Shown here piece after piece: positions 1 through 9,465 of a DNA stretch of 64,000 nt (position 1 is its first letter; each line of letters opens with the position of its first letter). The position numbers were made by a program, and so were the translations under genes. Origin of the DNA: Verrucomicrobiota bacterium (GTDB taxonomy: Bacteria > Verrucomicrobiota > Kiritimatiellia > JAKQHR01); assembly GCA_029557905.1 (NCBI GenBank), contig JAKQHR010000070.1, forward strand, positions 5,613 through 69,612. Reading direction: 5' to 3'. A model generated the notes under the pieces. It did no database searches. It worked only from the letters and a program-made list of their open reading frames with translations, and was not told the DNA's origin.

Positions 1-375
1 TCGCGGAAGCGCTTCAAGATCCGAAAGCACGGAAGCCCCTGTGGTGGTGAAGCCCGAGATGGTCTCAAACACGGCGGATACCGGATGAAGGATCACCCCG
101 GAAAAAACATAGGGCAGCGCGCCGAACAGCGCCGCGGAAAGCCAGCCGATGGTCACCACCCCGAAACCGTCCCGCCGGGAAAGATTGATGTCGCCGTGTG
201 TGAGCACCCCGACAAGGCCCGACACCGCAATGGTGATAACCCCGGAGTGGATGAAGGCATTGATCACCGTGAAGGTGTCGCCATAGTACCAGGAAACGGC
301 CGCGCAGGCCGTGATGGCGAGACCGATAACAAGGGTCATATAGGCCACCAGATGGAATACAGCGCGTTTGTTCAT
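1..375 (-). CDS. trkH: Trk-type K+ uptake membrane subunit TrkH, N-terminal part; gene runs off window start
   Basis: ATG on minus strand at 373-375, 11 nt after trkA stop. Translation MNKRAVFHLVAY...ETISGFTTTGASVL contains the TrkH-like GFTTTGA motif. The plus-strand ORF 85..393 is antisense to it. Confidence 0.55.
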   Translation of the reverse strand, partial: MNKRAVFHLVAYMTLVIGLAITACAAVSWYYGDTFTVINAFIHSGVITIAVSGLVGVLTHGDINLSRRDGFGVVTIGWLSAALFGALPYVFSGVILHPVSAVFETISGFTTTGASVLSDLEALPR

Positions 376-385
376 GGAGTTCCCG

Positions 386-1738
386 TCACTTGATGAACAT
401 GGACTGGATTTTTTTCACGGCGGAGGAATCCGCGAACACCAGCAGCCGGTCATCCGCCATGATGGTGAGATCCCCGGTGGCCGGGAGAATTTCATTCCCC
501 CGCAGCGCGACCGCCAAGACGGCCTCACGCGGAAACTTGATGTCCTGCACGGCCTGTCCGATGTATTTGTTCCCCGGCATGACGATGATGTCAAGAAGTT
601 CGCCGGGAAGGTTGTGCAGGAGTGTGGCCGCCCGGACGTTCCGGCTTCGGAGATAGTGCAGGATGCCTCGCGTGGTGGATACAAACGGACTGATGATCCG
701 GTCCACCAGCCCGAGGCTTTCCACCACCGGAATGTAATCCGTGCGGGCAATCTGCGTAATGGTGTAGTCCGCGCCTTTTTTGCGGGCCATAAGACAGTTC
801 ATGACGTTGTTCTCGTCGTCGCCGGTCACACCGACAAATGCGGTGCGCGGCACGATGCCCGTTTCCTCGAGCGCGGATCCGGAAAGCGCGTCGGCGCGCA
901 GGACCAGCGTGTGCTTGAGTTCGCCGGAACAGAACAGCGCCCGGTCCTCATCCTGCTCCAGCATCACGATTTCGGCATCCGAATGTTCTTCCAGAGTCTG
1001 GGCAATGGTGAGTCCGATATCCCCGCCGCCTGCCACAATCACTTTCATGAACGGCGTCTGGCTGGGGTTCATCCAGATCGAGAAAGTGCGTATGTCATCC
1101 GGACTTCCAACCAGATAAATGGAATCCTGCGGGGCAAAAGATGTGTCCCCGCGCGGAATAATCAGTTTCTCCTTCCGGCGGACAGCCATGATCCGCAGCT
1201 TGCGGACCAGCGCCTGATCCGGCAGTGTGGCCGGTGTCAGACCAAGAATCGGGCTGTCGGCCGAAATATTGAACCCAGCCACCATCACGCGGCCCTCAAA
1301 CAGGTCGAAGGATTCGATGGCTCCGGGCAGAGCCAGCGCGCTGCAGATTTCCTCGGCGCAGGCCTGTTTCTGGTTGATCACGAGGTTGATGCCCATGTTC
1401 TTGAGATTGTATTTGGATGACGAGCGCAGGTACTGGGCGCTGCCTACCCGCGCCACCACACGCGGCACTCCGACGGAATGAGCCAGCAGGCAGGCTATAA
1501 TGTTGATTTCATCCCGGTCGGTTACAGCGATCAGAAGATCGGCCTTGTCGGTGCCCGCTCTTTCCAGCAGCACCGGATCTGAGCCGGAACCGCAAAGGGT
1601 CAGCACGTCCAGCGAAGCTTCCGCCTGCATCAGGACGTCCATGCGTTCATCAATCATCACCACGCTGTGACGCTCTTCGCAGAGACGTTCCGCAAGCTGT
1701 GTTCCGGCATTGCCGGCTCCAATTATTACGATTTTCAT
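386..1738 (-). CDS. trkA: Trk system K+ uptake NAD-binding protein TrkA
   Basis: Rossmann motif KIVIIGAGNAGTQLAERL at the N-terminus and a second NAD-binding half (KVIVAGGGDIGL). About 450 aa, as for TrkA. Start taken at the internal ATG (MKIVIIGAG). Confidence 0.8.
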   Translation of the reverse strand: MKIVIIGAGNAGTQLAERLCEERHSVVMIDERMDVLMQAEASLDVLTLCGSGSDPVLLERAGTDKADLLIAVTDRDEINIIACLLAHSVGVPRVVARVGSAQYLRSSSKYNLKNMGINLVINQKQACAEEICSALALPGAIESFDLFEGRVMVAGFNISADSPILGLTPATLPDQALVRKLRIMAVRRKEKLIIPRGDTSFAPQDSIYLVGSPDDIRTFSIWMNPSQTPFMKVIVAGGGDIGLTIAQTLEEHSDAEIVMLEQDEDRALFCSGELKHTLVLRADALSGSALEETGIVPRTAFVGVTGDDENNVMNCLMARKKGADYTITQIARTDYIPVVESLGLVDRIISPFVSTTRGILHYLRSRNVRAATLLHNLPGELLDIIVMPGNKYIGQAVQDIKFPREAVLAVALRGNEILPATGDLTIMADDRLLVFADSSAVKKIQSMFIK

Positions 1739-1807
1739 GGGATTCCGCTTTAAACGGCCCCCAATATTGAGCATTATGCGGGCCTAATCAACTAAAAAGG
1801 GCTTGAA

Positions 1808-2257
1808 ATGGAGTCGGACGGCATCAGAAGCAGATATTTGGAGGCGCTGAAGGCAAAACTGGGCGAAAAATCCGCCGATTTGGTTTATCCGCCGCCGGTT
1901 TATACGGCCATGAAGGGTGAAATGCTGGATTTCGATCTCGGCGCAGGTATACTAACCAACCGGTTTCCCGTCCTGAGGGAATATCTGAACCCCTATGGAA
2001 GTCTTCAGGGCGGAATCATTGCGACACTGCTGGATGACACGATCGGACCGCTCAGCCTGCTGGTTGCCCCGGCCAACGTCACGCGTAACCTGGAAGTGAA
2101 ATTCCGCCGGCCTGTGACCCCGGATCTGGGCGCGGTGACCGTCACAGCCCGGTTCACCGGACAGAATGACCGGCAGCTGTTCTTCGAAGCCGAAATGAAA
2201 AGCGGCGACGGAACGATCCGGGCGCAGGCCCGGGCTGTTCACTGGATTCTTGCCTAG
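1808..2257 (+). CDS. PaaI/YbgC-type hotdog-fold acyl-CoA thioesterase
   Basis: 149 aa. Hotdog thioesterase signature region GSLQGGIIATLLDDTIGP. Confidence 0.55.
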   Translation: MESDGIRSRYLEALKAKLGEKSADLVYPPPVYTAMKGEMLDFDLGAGILTNRFPVLREYLNPYGSLQGGIIATLLDDTIGPLSLLVAPANVTRNLEVKFRRPVTPDLGAVTVTARFTGQNDRQLFFEAEMKSGDGTIRAQARAVHWILA

Positions 2258-2278
2258 GCGGCGGGCTCCCTGCGGTTT

Positions 2279-4345
2279 TCAGAACTGGAAACCGGCCAGG
2301 ATCGGATCATGGTCGCTTTGTCCGCGCCGGGGATATTTTTCGCTGCCGGCAAAGTCGCTGTTGATGTGCACGGCGTTCACGTGCTTCAGCTTTTTGTGCA
2401 GGCTTTCCGTCACGAAGAGATGATCCAGCGTCTGGGCCTGTCCCTTGAAGACATAACTATAGGCATTCTCCGGCCGGGTTCTGAGCATTTCGTCATACAG
2501 GTTGACCATATCGGCCGCGTAGAGCCCGCCCAGCTGATCCGTCGGCAGCATCGGATCAGGCTCGTCCGGCCGGGGGAATGTGTTCAAGTCACCGCCCACT
2601 GCAGCCAGAACCTTTTTGTCATCTTTGCGCAGAGCGCGAACCAGATCGGCGCTGAATTGCGCCTGATTCTGGCGCTCGGGCACATAGTTCTGCGGCTGGC
2701 TCTTGAAGTGATTGTTCAGCAGATAAATGCGGCGGGCCTGCTCCCCGGCGCCGAAATCGAATGCGGCCATCTGCGGTCCGCGCTCATGCACCACGCCCAG
2801 GATGTCATGCAGAAGATTGAATGCCTTGGGATTTCCAGCCCGACCGCAGTAGGTCATGGTCCGCCCCGCAGACGGCACACACGGCATCACGCCCATCACG
2901 GGATGATCTTCGCTAATCTCCGCGAGCGCGACCCGATCGGGCCGATAAAGGAAGGCCGTGATGATTCCCCGGTCGTCGGCGGCGGCGCGATCGCTGACGG
3001 GTTCATAGGCCGGTCCGCCCAGCCTGCTGATTTCCAGCGCCAGTTCCTGCAGCACGTCGAGTTTCCCGTCGCGGTTGTTGATGTCCCCGACGACCAGTTT
3101 CCCCTCCTCCACCGCGCCGATATCCTGATCTTCCACCTCCTGCAGCATCAGAATGTCGGGCGCCTGAAGATCTTCAATGATTTGACCGGCCAGTCCGCTC
3201 AGCCTGGCCTTGTAGGCATCTTTGGAGGCGGGAACATAGTCATACAGTTTGAGGCCGGAGTAGCCCTGGAATTTACCGTCCGCATCCAGAATGGGCAGCG
3301 CATCCTTTCGGTCAAAATAGTCGCGGTCATCAAAGGGATCGTCACGGTGGTCATAGAGATTTTCAACATTGAAAGTCGCGATCCGCAGCACACTTTCATC
3401 TCCCGCATCAGCATCCGACCGGTTGGCGGAAGGATCTGTGCCGACCTCAAACACAGGCAGGCTGTCCACCTGCACCATGTACTGGCCCATGAAGCGCGCC
3501 ACCGCGCCCATCACCGGCTCTTTAAGAACTTCAAAGGTGCAGGTTTCGGGAAACAGCGGCATGGGGTCGCCGTCGGCACGATCGAGACCCAGCGGCCCGA
3601 GCCCGATGAGATAGCCGTTCTGGTTGTCGAAGATTTCCTCCCGGTCGTCCAGCGGGTGCGGATCGCGGAACGCGCGGCGGGCATAGTTGTTTTCACGGCG
3701 GAGCAGCGGATGCGAAGGATGGATCAGATAAACCATGGATCCCATGCTGTCGCGGTGCGCGCCGGACACCACCGCGCCCGCGGGAACTTTGCAGCGCATG
3801 CCTTCATGCCTGCGCCAGTAGATTTCCGCCTCGCCGGCGTCATCCGGGGGATTGGCCACAAAAGCCTTCAGTTCTGAATCAATGTTGAGCCTGCTCCGCA
3901 TCAGCTTCCTGAACTCGGCCTGCTGCAGCACGGTCTGGCCCGCGCTGGTTCCCATCACCCCTTTCAGGAGGACGTCATCGCCGACATGCGGACGATAAAT
4001 GCCGCCGGACGAGGTGCGCAGAAATCCGTTTGTATGCATATCCACATAAAGACCGTCGGACGTGGACGGATCGCGGTCAGCCGCATCGGCCGGATTCTGG
4101 ATCACAAAACCGTAATAAGAGGGTGTGCTCTTTGAGCTGAACACCAGGACCTGATGGACAATGCCCCGCACAGAAACCGCTTCGCCGGCCGGCGGCGTGG
4201 TTCCGCTCTCCATGCGGTGATGAATGTAACCGGCACTTTCGGTGCCCAGCCCTGCGCATCCGGCCAGAAGCATGGCTGCCAGAGGAATTGCGCATACCGC
4301 GGTTAGGGCTGCATTTGCTTTTTTATATGTCATGCGCATCCTCAT
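2279..4345 (-). CDS. Secreted lipoprotein, endonuclease/exonuclease/phosphatase (EEP) family nuclease-like
   Basis: Lipoprotein signal (AMLLAGCAG). EEP-type region IATFNVENLYD ... ILMLQEVED ... SDHDPILAGF. 688 aa. Confidence 0.5.
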   Translation of the reverse strand: MRMRMTYKKANAALTAVCAIPLAAMLLAGCAGLGTESAGYIHHRMESGTTPPAGEAVSVRGIVHQVLVFSSKSTPSYYGFVIQNPADAADRDPSTSDGLYVDMHTNGFLRTSSGGIYRPHVGDDVLLKGVMGTSAGQTVLQQAEFRKLMRSRLNIDSELKAFVANPPDDAGEAEIYWRRHEGMRCKVPAGAVVSGAHRDSMGSMVYLIHPSHPLLRRENNYARRAFRDPHPLDDREEIFDNQNGYLIGLGPLGLDRADGDPMPLFPETCTFEVLKEPVMGAVARFMGQYMVQVDSLPVFEVGTDPSANRSDADAGDESVLRIATFNVENLYDHRDDPFDDRDYFDRKDALPILDADGKFQGYSGLKLYDYVPASKDAYKARLSGLAGQIIEDLQAPDILMLQEVEDQDIGAVEEGKLVVGDINNRDGKLDVLQELALEISRLGGPAYEPVSDRAAADDRGIITAFLYRPDRVALAEISEDHPVMGVMPCVPSAGRTMTYCGRAGNPKAFNLLHDILGVVHERGPQMAAFDFGAGEQARRIYLLNNHFKSQPQNYVPERQNQAQFSADLVRALRKDDKKVLAAVGGDLNTFPRPDEPDPMLPTDQLGGLYAADMVNLYDEMLRTRPENAYSYVFKGQAQTLDHLFVTESLHKKLKHVNAVHINSDFAGSEKYPRRGQSDHDPILAGFQF

Positions 4346-4348
4346 TTC

Positions 4349-4969
4349 TCAGTTAAAAAAGTCCGCAAACCATGTGGCGGCCCGGTCCTCCGCAGACTGC
4401 ATGAACCGCATCTTACGCCTGCCGCAGATTTTTACAAGGCCATCCGCATCCATATCGGGCCAGTTGATCCGGCACCGCTCCAGAAGAATCTGAAAGACAT
4501 GCCCGCAGTAAAGCGCATCCTCCGCGGCCCGGTGGAACCGGCCGCAGGGCACCTGAAACACGCGCACCAGCGTGCCAAGCTGATAGTTTGGAAGTCCGGG
4601 CCACAGCTTCCGGCTCAGCGTCAGAGTGTCCAGCACCAGGCCCGTCGGAGCCGCGCAGGCCAGTCTCCGCACGGCCGCGTTGATGAATTTGAAGTCGAAT
4701 CGTGCATTGTGCGCCACCAGCGGGAGATCTCCGCAGAACTCCGCGAAACGCGGCAGCACTTCTCCAATCTGCGGACTGCTGCTCACCATCTCGTCCGTGA
4801 TCCCGTGTATTCTGGTCGCCCCTCGAGGAATGGGCCGGCCCGGATCAATCAGCTCGCTGAAAGATTCCCCCGGGATGCCGTCGCTGAACCGCACCGCGCC
4901 TATTTCAATGACGGCATCGCGGTGCGGAGATATCCCGGTTGTTTCGGTGTCGAATGCGACGAAATCCAT
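4349..4969 (-). CDS. DnaQ-like DEDDh 3'-5' exonuclease (DNA pol III epsilon family)
   Basis: Exo I motif FVAFDTETTG, Exo II VAHNARFDFKF, Exo III HRAAEDALYCGHV. Overlaps the upstream MazG-like gene by 1 nt. Confidence 0.75.
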   Translation of the reverse strand: MDFVAFDTETTGISPHRDAVIEIGAVRFSDGIPGESFSELIDPGRPIPRGATRIHGITDEMVSSSPQIGEVLPRFAEFCGDLPLVAHNARFDFKFINAAVRRLACAAPTGLVLDTLTLSRKLWPGLPNYQLGTLVRVFQVPCGRFHRAAEDALYCGHVFQILLERCRINWPDMDADGLVKICGRRKMRFMQSAEDRAATWFADFFN

Positions 4970-5319
4970 TATTCCACGCTCAGGTATTCCGTGTATTTCA
5001 GCGCCTTGCCCCGCACTTTGTCCGCCGGGTACTTTGCGCGGTTCTTTACCAGCTTCTGGCGGGCGGCTTCAATCGGATCAATGCCCATCTGATCGGCCAG
5101 GTGGGCCAGAAGGATCTGCACATCGCCGATCTCGTCCATGATCACGTTTTTTTTCTTTTCAGGCAGATTGCGGCTCTGCTCCCCCGTCAGCCACAGAAAA
5201 TGCTCCATCACTTCGGCCACCTCCACCGAAAGGGCCATGATGAGATTACGGGGCGAGTGATACTGTTCCCAGTCGCGCTCCTGCGCGAACTGCTTGATGT
5301 CTCTGATCAGCGCTTCCAT
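4969..5319 (-). CDS. MazG-like nucleotide pyrophosphohydrolase (small, single-domain)
   Basis: 116 aa with EVAEVMEHF ... DEIGDVQILL-type MazG motifs. Translationally coupled to the downstream exonuclease gene. Confidence 0.6.
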   Translation of the reverse strand: MEALIRDIKQFAQERDWEQYHSPRNLIMALSVEVAEVMEHFLWLTGEQSRNLPEKKKNVIMDEIGDVQILLAHLADQMGIDPIEAARQKLVKNRAKYPADKVRGKALKYTEYLSVE

Positions 5320-5366
5320 AGTTGATTCCTTTTTTTACCGGCGCATCATGAACGGAATGGAACACC

Positions 5367-5798
5367 GTGACAATAATGTTGTTTAAATATATGGCATCAC
5401 CTAGTCTTGGACTGATGAAATTTACAGCCCTTGCTGGCGGTCTGATGATCATGCTGGCCTCCGGTTGCGCCACACGGGGTCCCCGGAGCATACTCCCGCC
5501 GCCGCTGATCACCTATGACGGCCAGGGAAGGATTCTGCGTCAGGTGCAGTATAATCCCGACCACAGCGTGAACACCGTTAAAGCGTATCAGTATCCTGAC
5601 GGCGGGGTGACGCTTGAGACCGTCACTGTCTATGACAGCACCAACGGCTGGACCGTGACTGAAACCTACAACATGACGGACAGCGCCGTCGGGCTCAAAA
5701 ACGTCAAACAGTACGATGCCGGCGGCAACCTGCTCAGCGACCGGAATGCTCTCGTCAATCCCGGCAGCCGTTCCGTCAGAATCAACAATAGCCCGTGA
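5367..5798 (+). CDS. Small secreted lipoprotein, paralog A (unknown function)
   Basis: Signal peptide plus lipobox (MLASGCA). True start may be the ATG at 5415 (MKFTALAGG). Shares motifs with the ORF at 6009-6407 (YDGQGRILRQV..., GWTVTE..., NPGSRSVRI). Confidence 0.5.
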   Translation: MTIMLFKYMASPSLGLMKFTALAGGLMIMLASGCATRGPRSILPPPLITYDGQGRILRQVQYNPDHSVNTVKAYQYPDGGVTLETVTVYDSTNGWTVTETYNMTDSAVGLKNVKQYDAGGNLLSDRNALVNPGSRSVRINNSP

Positions 5799-6008
5799 AG
5801 CCTTGTTTCGCGGCGGGGGTGTAGGGATAGGCTCTGTCCCGTCCATTTCTGAACGCGCCCCCGGCGGGCTTCTCACGATAAATCCGGGATTTCTGCGCTC
5901 CGCGCATTATTCGGAAAGTTGATGTATATTTAGTGCTCGGACAGAGAGCGTGCAAGATGTGACGCGGGTCGCAATGAGCAGACCATCGTCATATCGGGAG
6001 GCGCTTTC

Positions 6009-6407
6009 ATGAAGATAAAGCGGTTATGGTGGTTATGGACGGCTCTGCTGACAGGCGCCGTTGCGGTCGGACAGGATATCATGCCGCCGGGCGGCGACGC
6101 ATCTCCACTTCCCCTTGTGACCCATGACGAACAGGGCCGCATGATCCGGCATGTCATCTTTGATCCCGACGGGAATGTGCTCCAGATGACAACCTATGAA
6201 TATATCGATAAAGACATCACACTGCAGACCATCACCGTGATTCATGGCGCCAGCGGCTGGACGGTCACGGAATCCTTAAGCATGGCAGACACGGGCGTGC
6301 GACTCAACAGTGTCAGAGAATACGATGCCGAGGGGGAATTGATGGACGAGAAACTGGTGGTTATCCATCCCGGCAGCCGGCCTTTCAGGATTCCTGAAGA
6401 CTTGTAA
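6009..6407 (+). CDS. Small secreted protein, paralog B of 5367-5798
   Basis: Signal peptide. Collinear similarity to the upstream paralog (HDEQGRMIRHV, GWTVTES, HPGSRPFRI). Confidence 0.5.
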   Translation: MKIKRLWWLWTALLTGAVAVGQDIMPPGGDASPLPLVTHDEQGRMIRHVIFDPDGNVLQMTTYEYIDKDITLQTITVIHGASGWTVTESLSMADTGVRLNSVREYDAEGELMDEKLVVIHPGSRPFRIPEDL

Positions 6408-6454
6408 CCCGGACTCAAGTGCGATAGCTTTGGTGCTTTACGGAAAAGGAATAC

Positions 6455-7522
6455 ATGAATCTAGGCATCATTGGACTGCCCCAGACGGGCAAAAAAACCG
6501 TTTTTGAGCTGCTGACCGGCATCCACGCGCAGAAGGCTGTCACGAAGGACGGCATCGCCTATGCCATGGCAGCCGTGCGCGACCCGCGCGTGGATAAACT
6601 TTCGGCCATGTACAAGCCCAAGCGCACGCGCTATGCGGAGTTCGAGATGGCGCTGCCTCCCGACATCCAGCCCGATGCCAGCCGCAATGCCGGCTGGATC
6701 GAGCCGCTCCGGCGCGTGGATGCCCTGCTCCATGTCGTCCGCGCCTTCGAAGCCCCGGAGGTTTTCCATATCAAAGGGGATGTGAACCCGGCGCGCGATT
6801 ATGATCTGGTCGAGACCGAACTGCTGCTGGCCGATCTGGGAACCGTCGAGACGCGCCTGACCCGCATGGCGAAGGAAATCAAGAAGAAGGGCGACACCAC
6901 CAGCGACCGCGAGGAGGCCGTTCTGAAACGGTGCCAGCAGCACCTCGAAACCGGCGCGCCGCTGCTGACCATGCAGTTCTCCGATGAGGAACTTAAACTT
7001 GTTGCCAGCCTGAAATTTCTAACTCTGAAGCCCGTCATCACCGTCTTCAATACCGGTGAAAACATTTCCAAAGCGCGCGAAGCATTGAAGGACACCGAAA
7101 CGCGGATCAAAAAGCATGGTGCGGAGCCCGTGTATCTGAGCGCATCCATTGAGAAGGAAATGCTTGAGCTTTCAGAAGAAGAACGCGCGATGTTCATGGC
7201 TGATCTTGGGATTGAAGAGCCGGCCGCTCACCGCCTGTCGCGCGCGGTGTACGCAAGTCTGGGCCTGATCAGTTTCTTCACCGTCGGACCGGATGAAGTC
7301 AAGGCGTGGCCGCTCCGCGCGGGCACAAGAGCCCCGCAGGCGGCCGGGAAAATTCACACCGATCTTGAGCGCGGATTCATTCGGGCCGTGACCATCTCCT
7401 ATGATCACCTCATCGAGGCCGGCTCCGAACACACCGCCAAAGAGAAGAATTACTATGTCCTGAACGGCAAGGATTATGTCGTCAAGGACGGCGACGTCAT
7501 CGAAATCAGATTCAATGTTTAG
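6455..7522 (+). CDS. ychF: Ribosome-binding ATPase YchF (Obg family GTPase)
   Basis: G1 motif GLPQTGKKT, 355 aa, conserved C-terminal TGS-like end KDYVVKDGDVIEIRFNV. Confidence 0.85.
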   Translation: MNLGIIGLPQTGKKTVFELLTGIHAQKAVTKDGIAYAMAAVRDPRVDKLSAMYKPKRTRYAEFEMALPPDIQPDASRNAGWIEPLRRVDALLHVVRAFEAPEVFHIKGDVNPARDYDLVETELLLADLGTVETRLTRMAKEIKKKGDTTSDREEAVLKRCQQHLETGAPLLTMQFSDEELKLVASLKFLTLKPVITVFNTGENISKAREALKDTETRIKKHGAEPVYLSASIEKEMLELSEEERAMFMADLGIEEPAAHRLSRAVYASLGLISFFTVGPDEVKAWPLRAGTRAPQAAGKIHTDLERGFIRAVTISYDHLIEAGSEHTAKEKNYYVLNGKDYVVKDGDVIEIRFNV

Positions 7523-7527
7523 TTATT

Positions 7528-7860
7528 ATGAAAAAAGCGCTGTGTTTTATCCTGCTGTCACTGTTTACCGGCTGTTCCTCCCTGATCACACAGTTTGGAA
7601 CGGATAAAGACGATATGTATGAATGCGGCCCGCCGGTAAAGGTCAAACAGATCTACAGCGGAACTGCGTGCAACATTCTTCATGCGAAAGCCGTCATCAA
7701 CGGGACCACAGGAATGGATGACCCGGGCCGGGCCATTGAAGTGTGCATATTCCCCTTCTACTATGTATTTGAATTCCCGCTTTCACTGGTCATGGACACC
7801 GTCCTGCTTCCCATGACGATTTGCAAACAGATTATCTACGGAGACTTGACCATAGACTGA
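7528..7860 (+). CDS. Small lipoprotein (unknown)
   Basis: Signal peptide with lipobox LFTGCSS. 110 aa. Confidence 0.4.
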   Translation: MKKALCFILLSLFTGCSSLITQFGTDKDDMYECGPPVKVKQIYSGTACNILHAKAVINGTTGMDDPGRAIEVCIFPFYYVFEFPLSLVMDTVLLPMTICKQIIYGDLTID

Positions 7861-7976
7861 TGAAGTGGATCGCCTATATTCTGGCCGTCTTCGTTGTCTG
7901 GCTGCACGTGTATTCCTATGTGCACACACATTCAGATAAGGTGACTTCTGAATCAACCATGTTTGAAGCCTTTTAG
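7860..7976 (+). CDS. Putative 38-aa single-TM His-rich micropeptide (MKWIAYILAVFVVWLHVYSYVHTHSDKVTSESTMFEAF)
   Basis: Not in the ORF track (under 60 aa). Its ATG overlaps the TGA of the upstream lipoprotein gene (ctgATGAag), suggesting translational coupling. Hydrophobic core followed by HxYxYxHxH. Confidence 0.25.
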   Translation: MKWIAYILAVFVVWLHVYSYVHTHSDKVTSESTMFEAF

Positions 7977-8008
7977 GGGGATATCATTGATTTGGCTGGA
8001 GGACTTCG

Positions 8009-9388
8009 ATGTCACGAAAATACCGATTAATGCATAAACTGCATGCAGCACTCGCATGTTTTCTCACACTGGCTTGCTGCGCAACGGCACAAACACAGGA
8101 TCTGCAGGCTGAACTCATGGCCGCCGCTCAAAAAGGGGAACTCGCGAAGATTGAAGAACTGATGGATGCGGGCGCTGATCCTCACGCCTGCAGCAAATAC
8201 AGTGAAAGTCCGTTCGGCAGAGCGGCACGGGCCGGTCATACTGAGGCCGCACACCTGATGCTGGATAAAGGCGGAGTCACTCAGAATCCGGAGAAACAGA
8301 ATTGCCCCACTCCTCTCATGATGGCGGCCATGACGGACTGCACGAACCTGATCGCACGACTTCTTGAAGCGGGGGCTGATGTCAACGAAAAGCGCATAGG
8401 CGGGCGGACGCCTCTCATTCTGGCCGCGCAGAATGGACACAATGAAGCCGTGCGCATGCTGCTCGATAACGGCGCCGACATGAACGTGACGGTGGGGCTG
8501 GATAACATGACGGTTGTGCAATGGGCCATATTCACGGGGAAAAAGGACACGGTGGAACTTCTGCTGGATCGAGGGGCGGATCCCGGCCCCACTCCGCTGA
8601 TGGGCCCAGCCTGCCAGGGGAATCTGGAAATGATGGAAGTACTGGTTTCCCGAGGAGCGGATGTCAATGCACGACGTTTGGCGGCGACTTCAGTGAGGAA
8701 TAATCAGGAATGGGAAGCCGCCCTTCATGCGGCCGCAACCTGCTGCCGGACAGACTCCATGGCATGGCTTCTGGAGCACGGGGCACCGGTGGATGATCCG
8801 GGCGCGTATGGCAAAACGCCTCTCATGTCTGCGATCACAGACCGCTGTCACGACGGGGCACTGCTTCTGATTGAGAAAGGAGCAAACGTCAATGCCGTTG
8901 ACCGGCTCAACCTGACGCCATTGATTTATGCTGCAAGGGGAGGTGATCCAAATGTCATCCAAATGCTTCTCAAACACGGGGCAGATGTAAACTTCAAGGG
9001 GAAATCCGGCATGACCGCCCTGGACGCAGCCTTGGAATGGGAACACGATCACATTGCAGTGCTGTTGATCAAATCCGGCGCAGATGTGACGGCCGACACG
9101 CTGCTGCGCGCGGCGCAGGAACGCAGCGCGGCATGGGATAATGGTGAACTCATGCAGAGCATTCTGGATCGGGGTGTTGATGTCAACAGCACAAGCGATC
9201 TGGGAGAAACCGCGCTTATGGCTGCAGTCCAGAAAGGCCTAACAGATAATGTTCAATGGCTTCTTTCTCGGGGCGCGGACGCGACACTTAAAGACAACAG
9301 CGGGAAAACAGCCGAGGATTATACAAAGGATCCAAAGATCCTTGAAGCACTGCGCCGGTCGCGGGAAGAAAATGTTTCCACAGAATGA
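8009..9388 (+). CDS. Secreted ankyrin-repeat protein (about 12 ANK repeats)
   Basis: Signal peptide. Repeated TPLMxAAxxGHxxxVxLLLxxGADVN ankyrin consensus throughout 459 aa. Confidence 0.8.
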   Translation: MSRKYRLMHKLHAALACFLTLACCATAQTQDLQAELMAAAQKGELAKIEELMDAGADPHACSKYSESPFGRAARAGHTEAAHLMLDKGGVTQNPEKQNCPTPLMMAAMTDCTNLIARLLEAGADVNEKRIGGRTPLILAAQNGHNEAVRMLLDNGADMNVTVGLDNMTVVQWAIFTGKKDTVELLLDRGADPGPTPLMGPACQGNLEMMEVLVSRGADVNARRLAATSVRNNQEWEAALHAAATCCRTDSMAWLLEHGAPVDDPGAYGKTPLMSAITDRCHDGALLLIEKGANVNAVDRLNLTPLIYAARGGDPNVIQMLLKHGADVNFKGKSGMTALDAALEWEHDHIAVLLIKSGADVTADTLLRAAQERSAAWDNGELMQSILDRGVDVNSTSDLGETALMAAVQKGLTDNVQWLLSRGADATLKDNSGKTAEDYTKDPKILEALRRSREENVSTE

Positions 9389-9465
9389 TTGCAGATTGCA
9401 CAAGCGGACTTGATATTCCCGCGCATTCAGTCAATATTTATCGAAAAGTTAACCAGGAGCAGAAT

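Noticed and set aside
85-393. 102-aa plus-strand ORF at window start
   Set aside because: Opposite strand encodes a convincing TrkH N-terminus coupled to trkA.
2309-3877. 522-aa plus-strand ORF
   Set aside because: Antisense to the EEP nuclease lipoprotein gene, which has clear family motifs.
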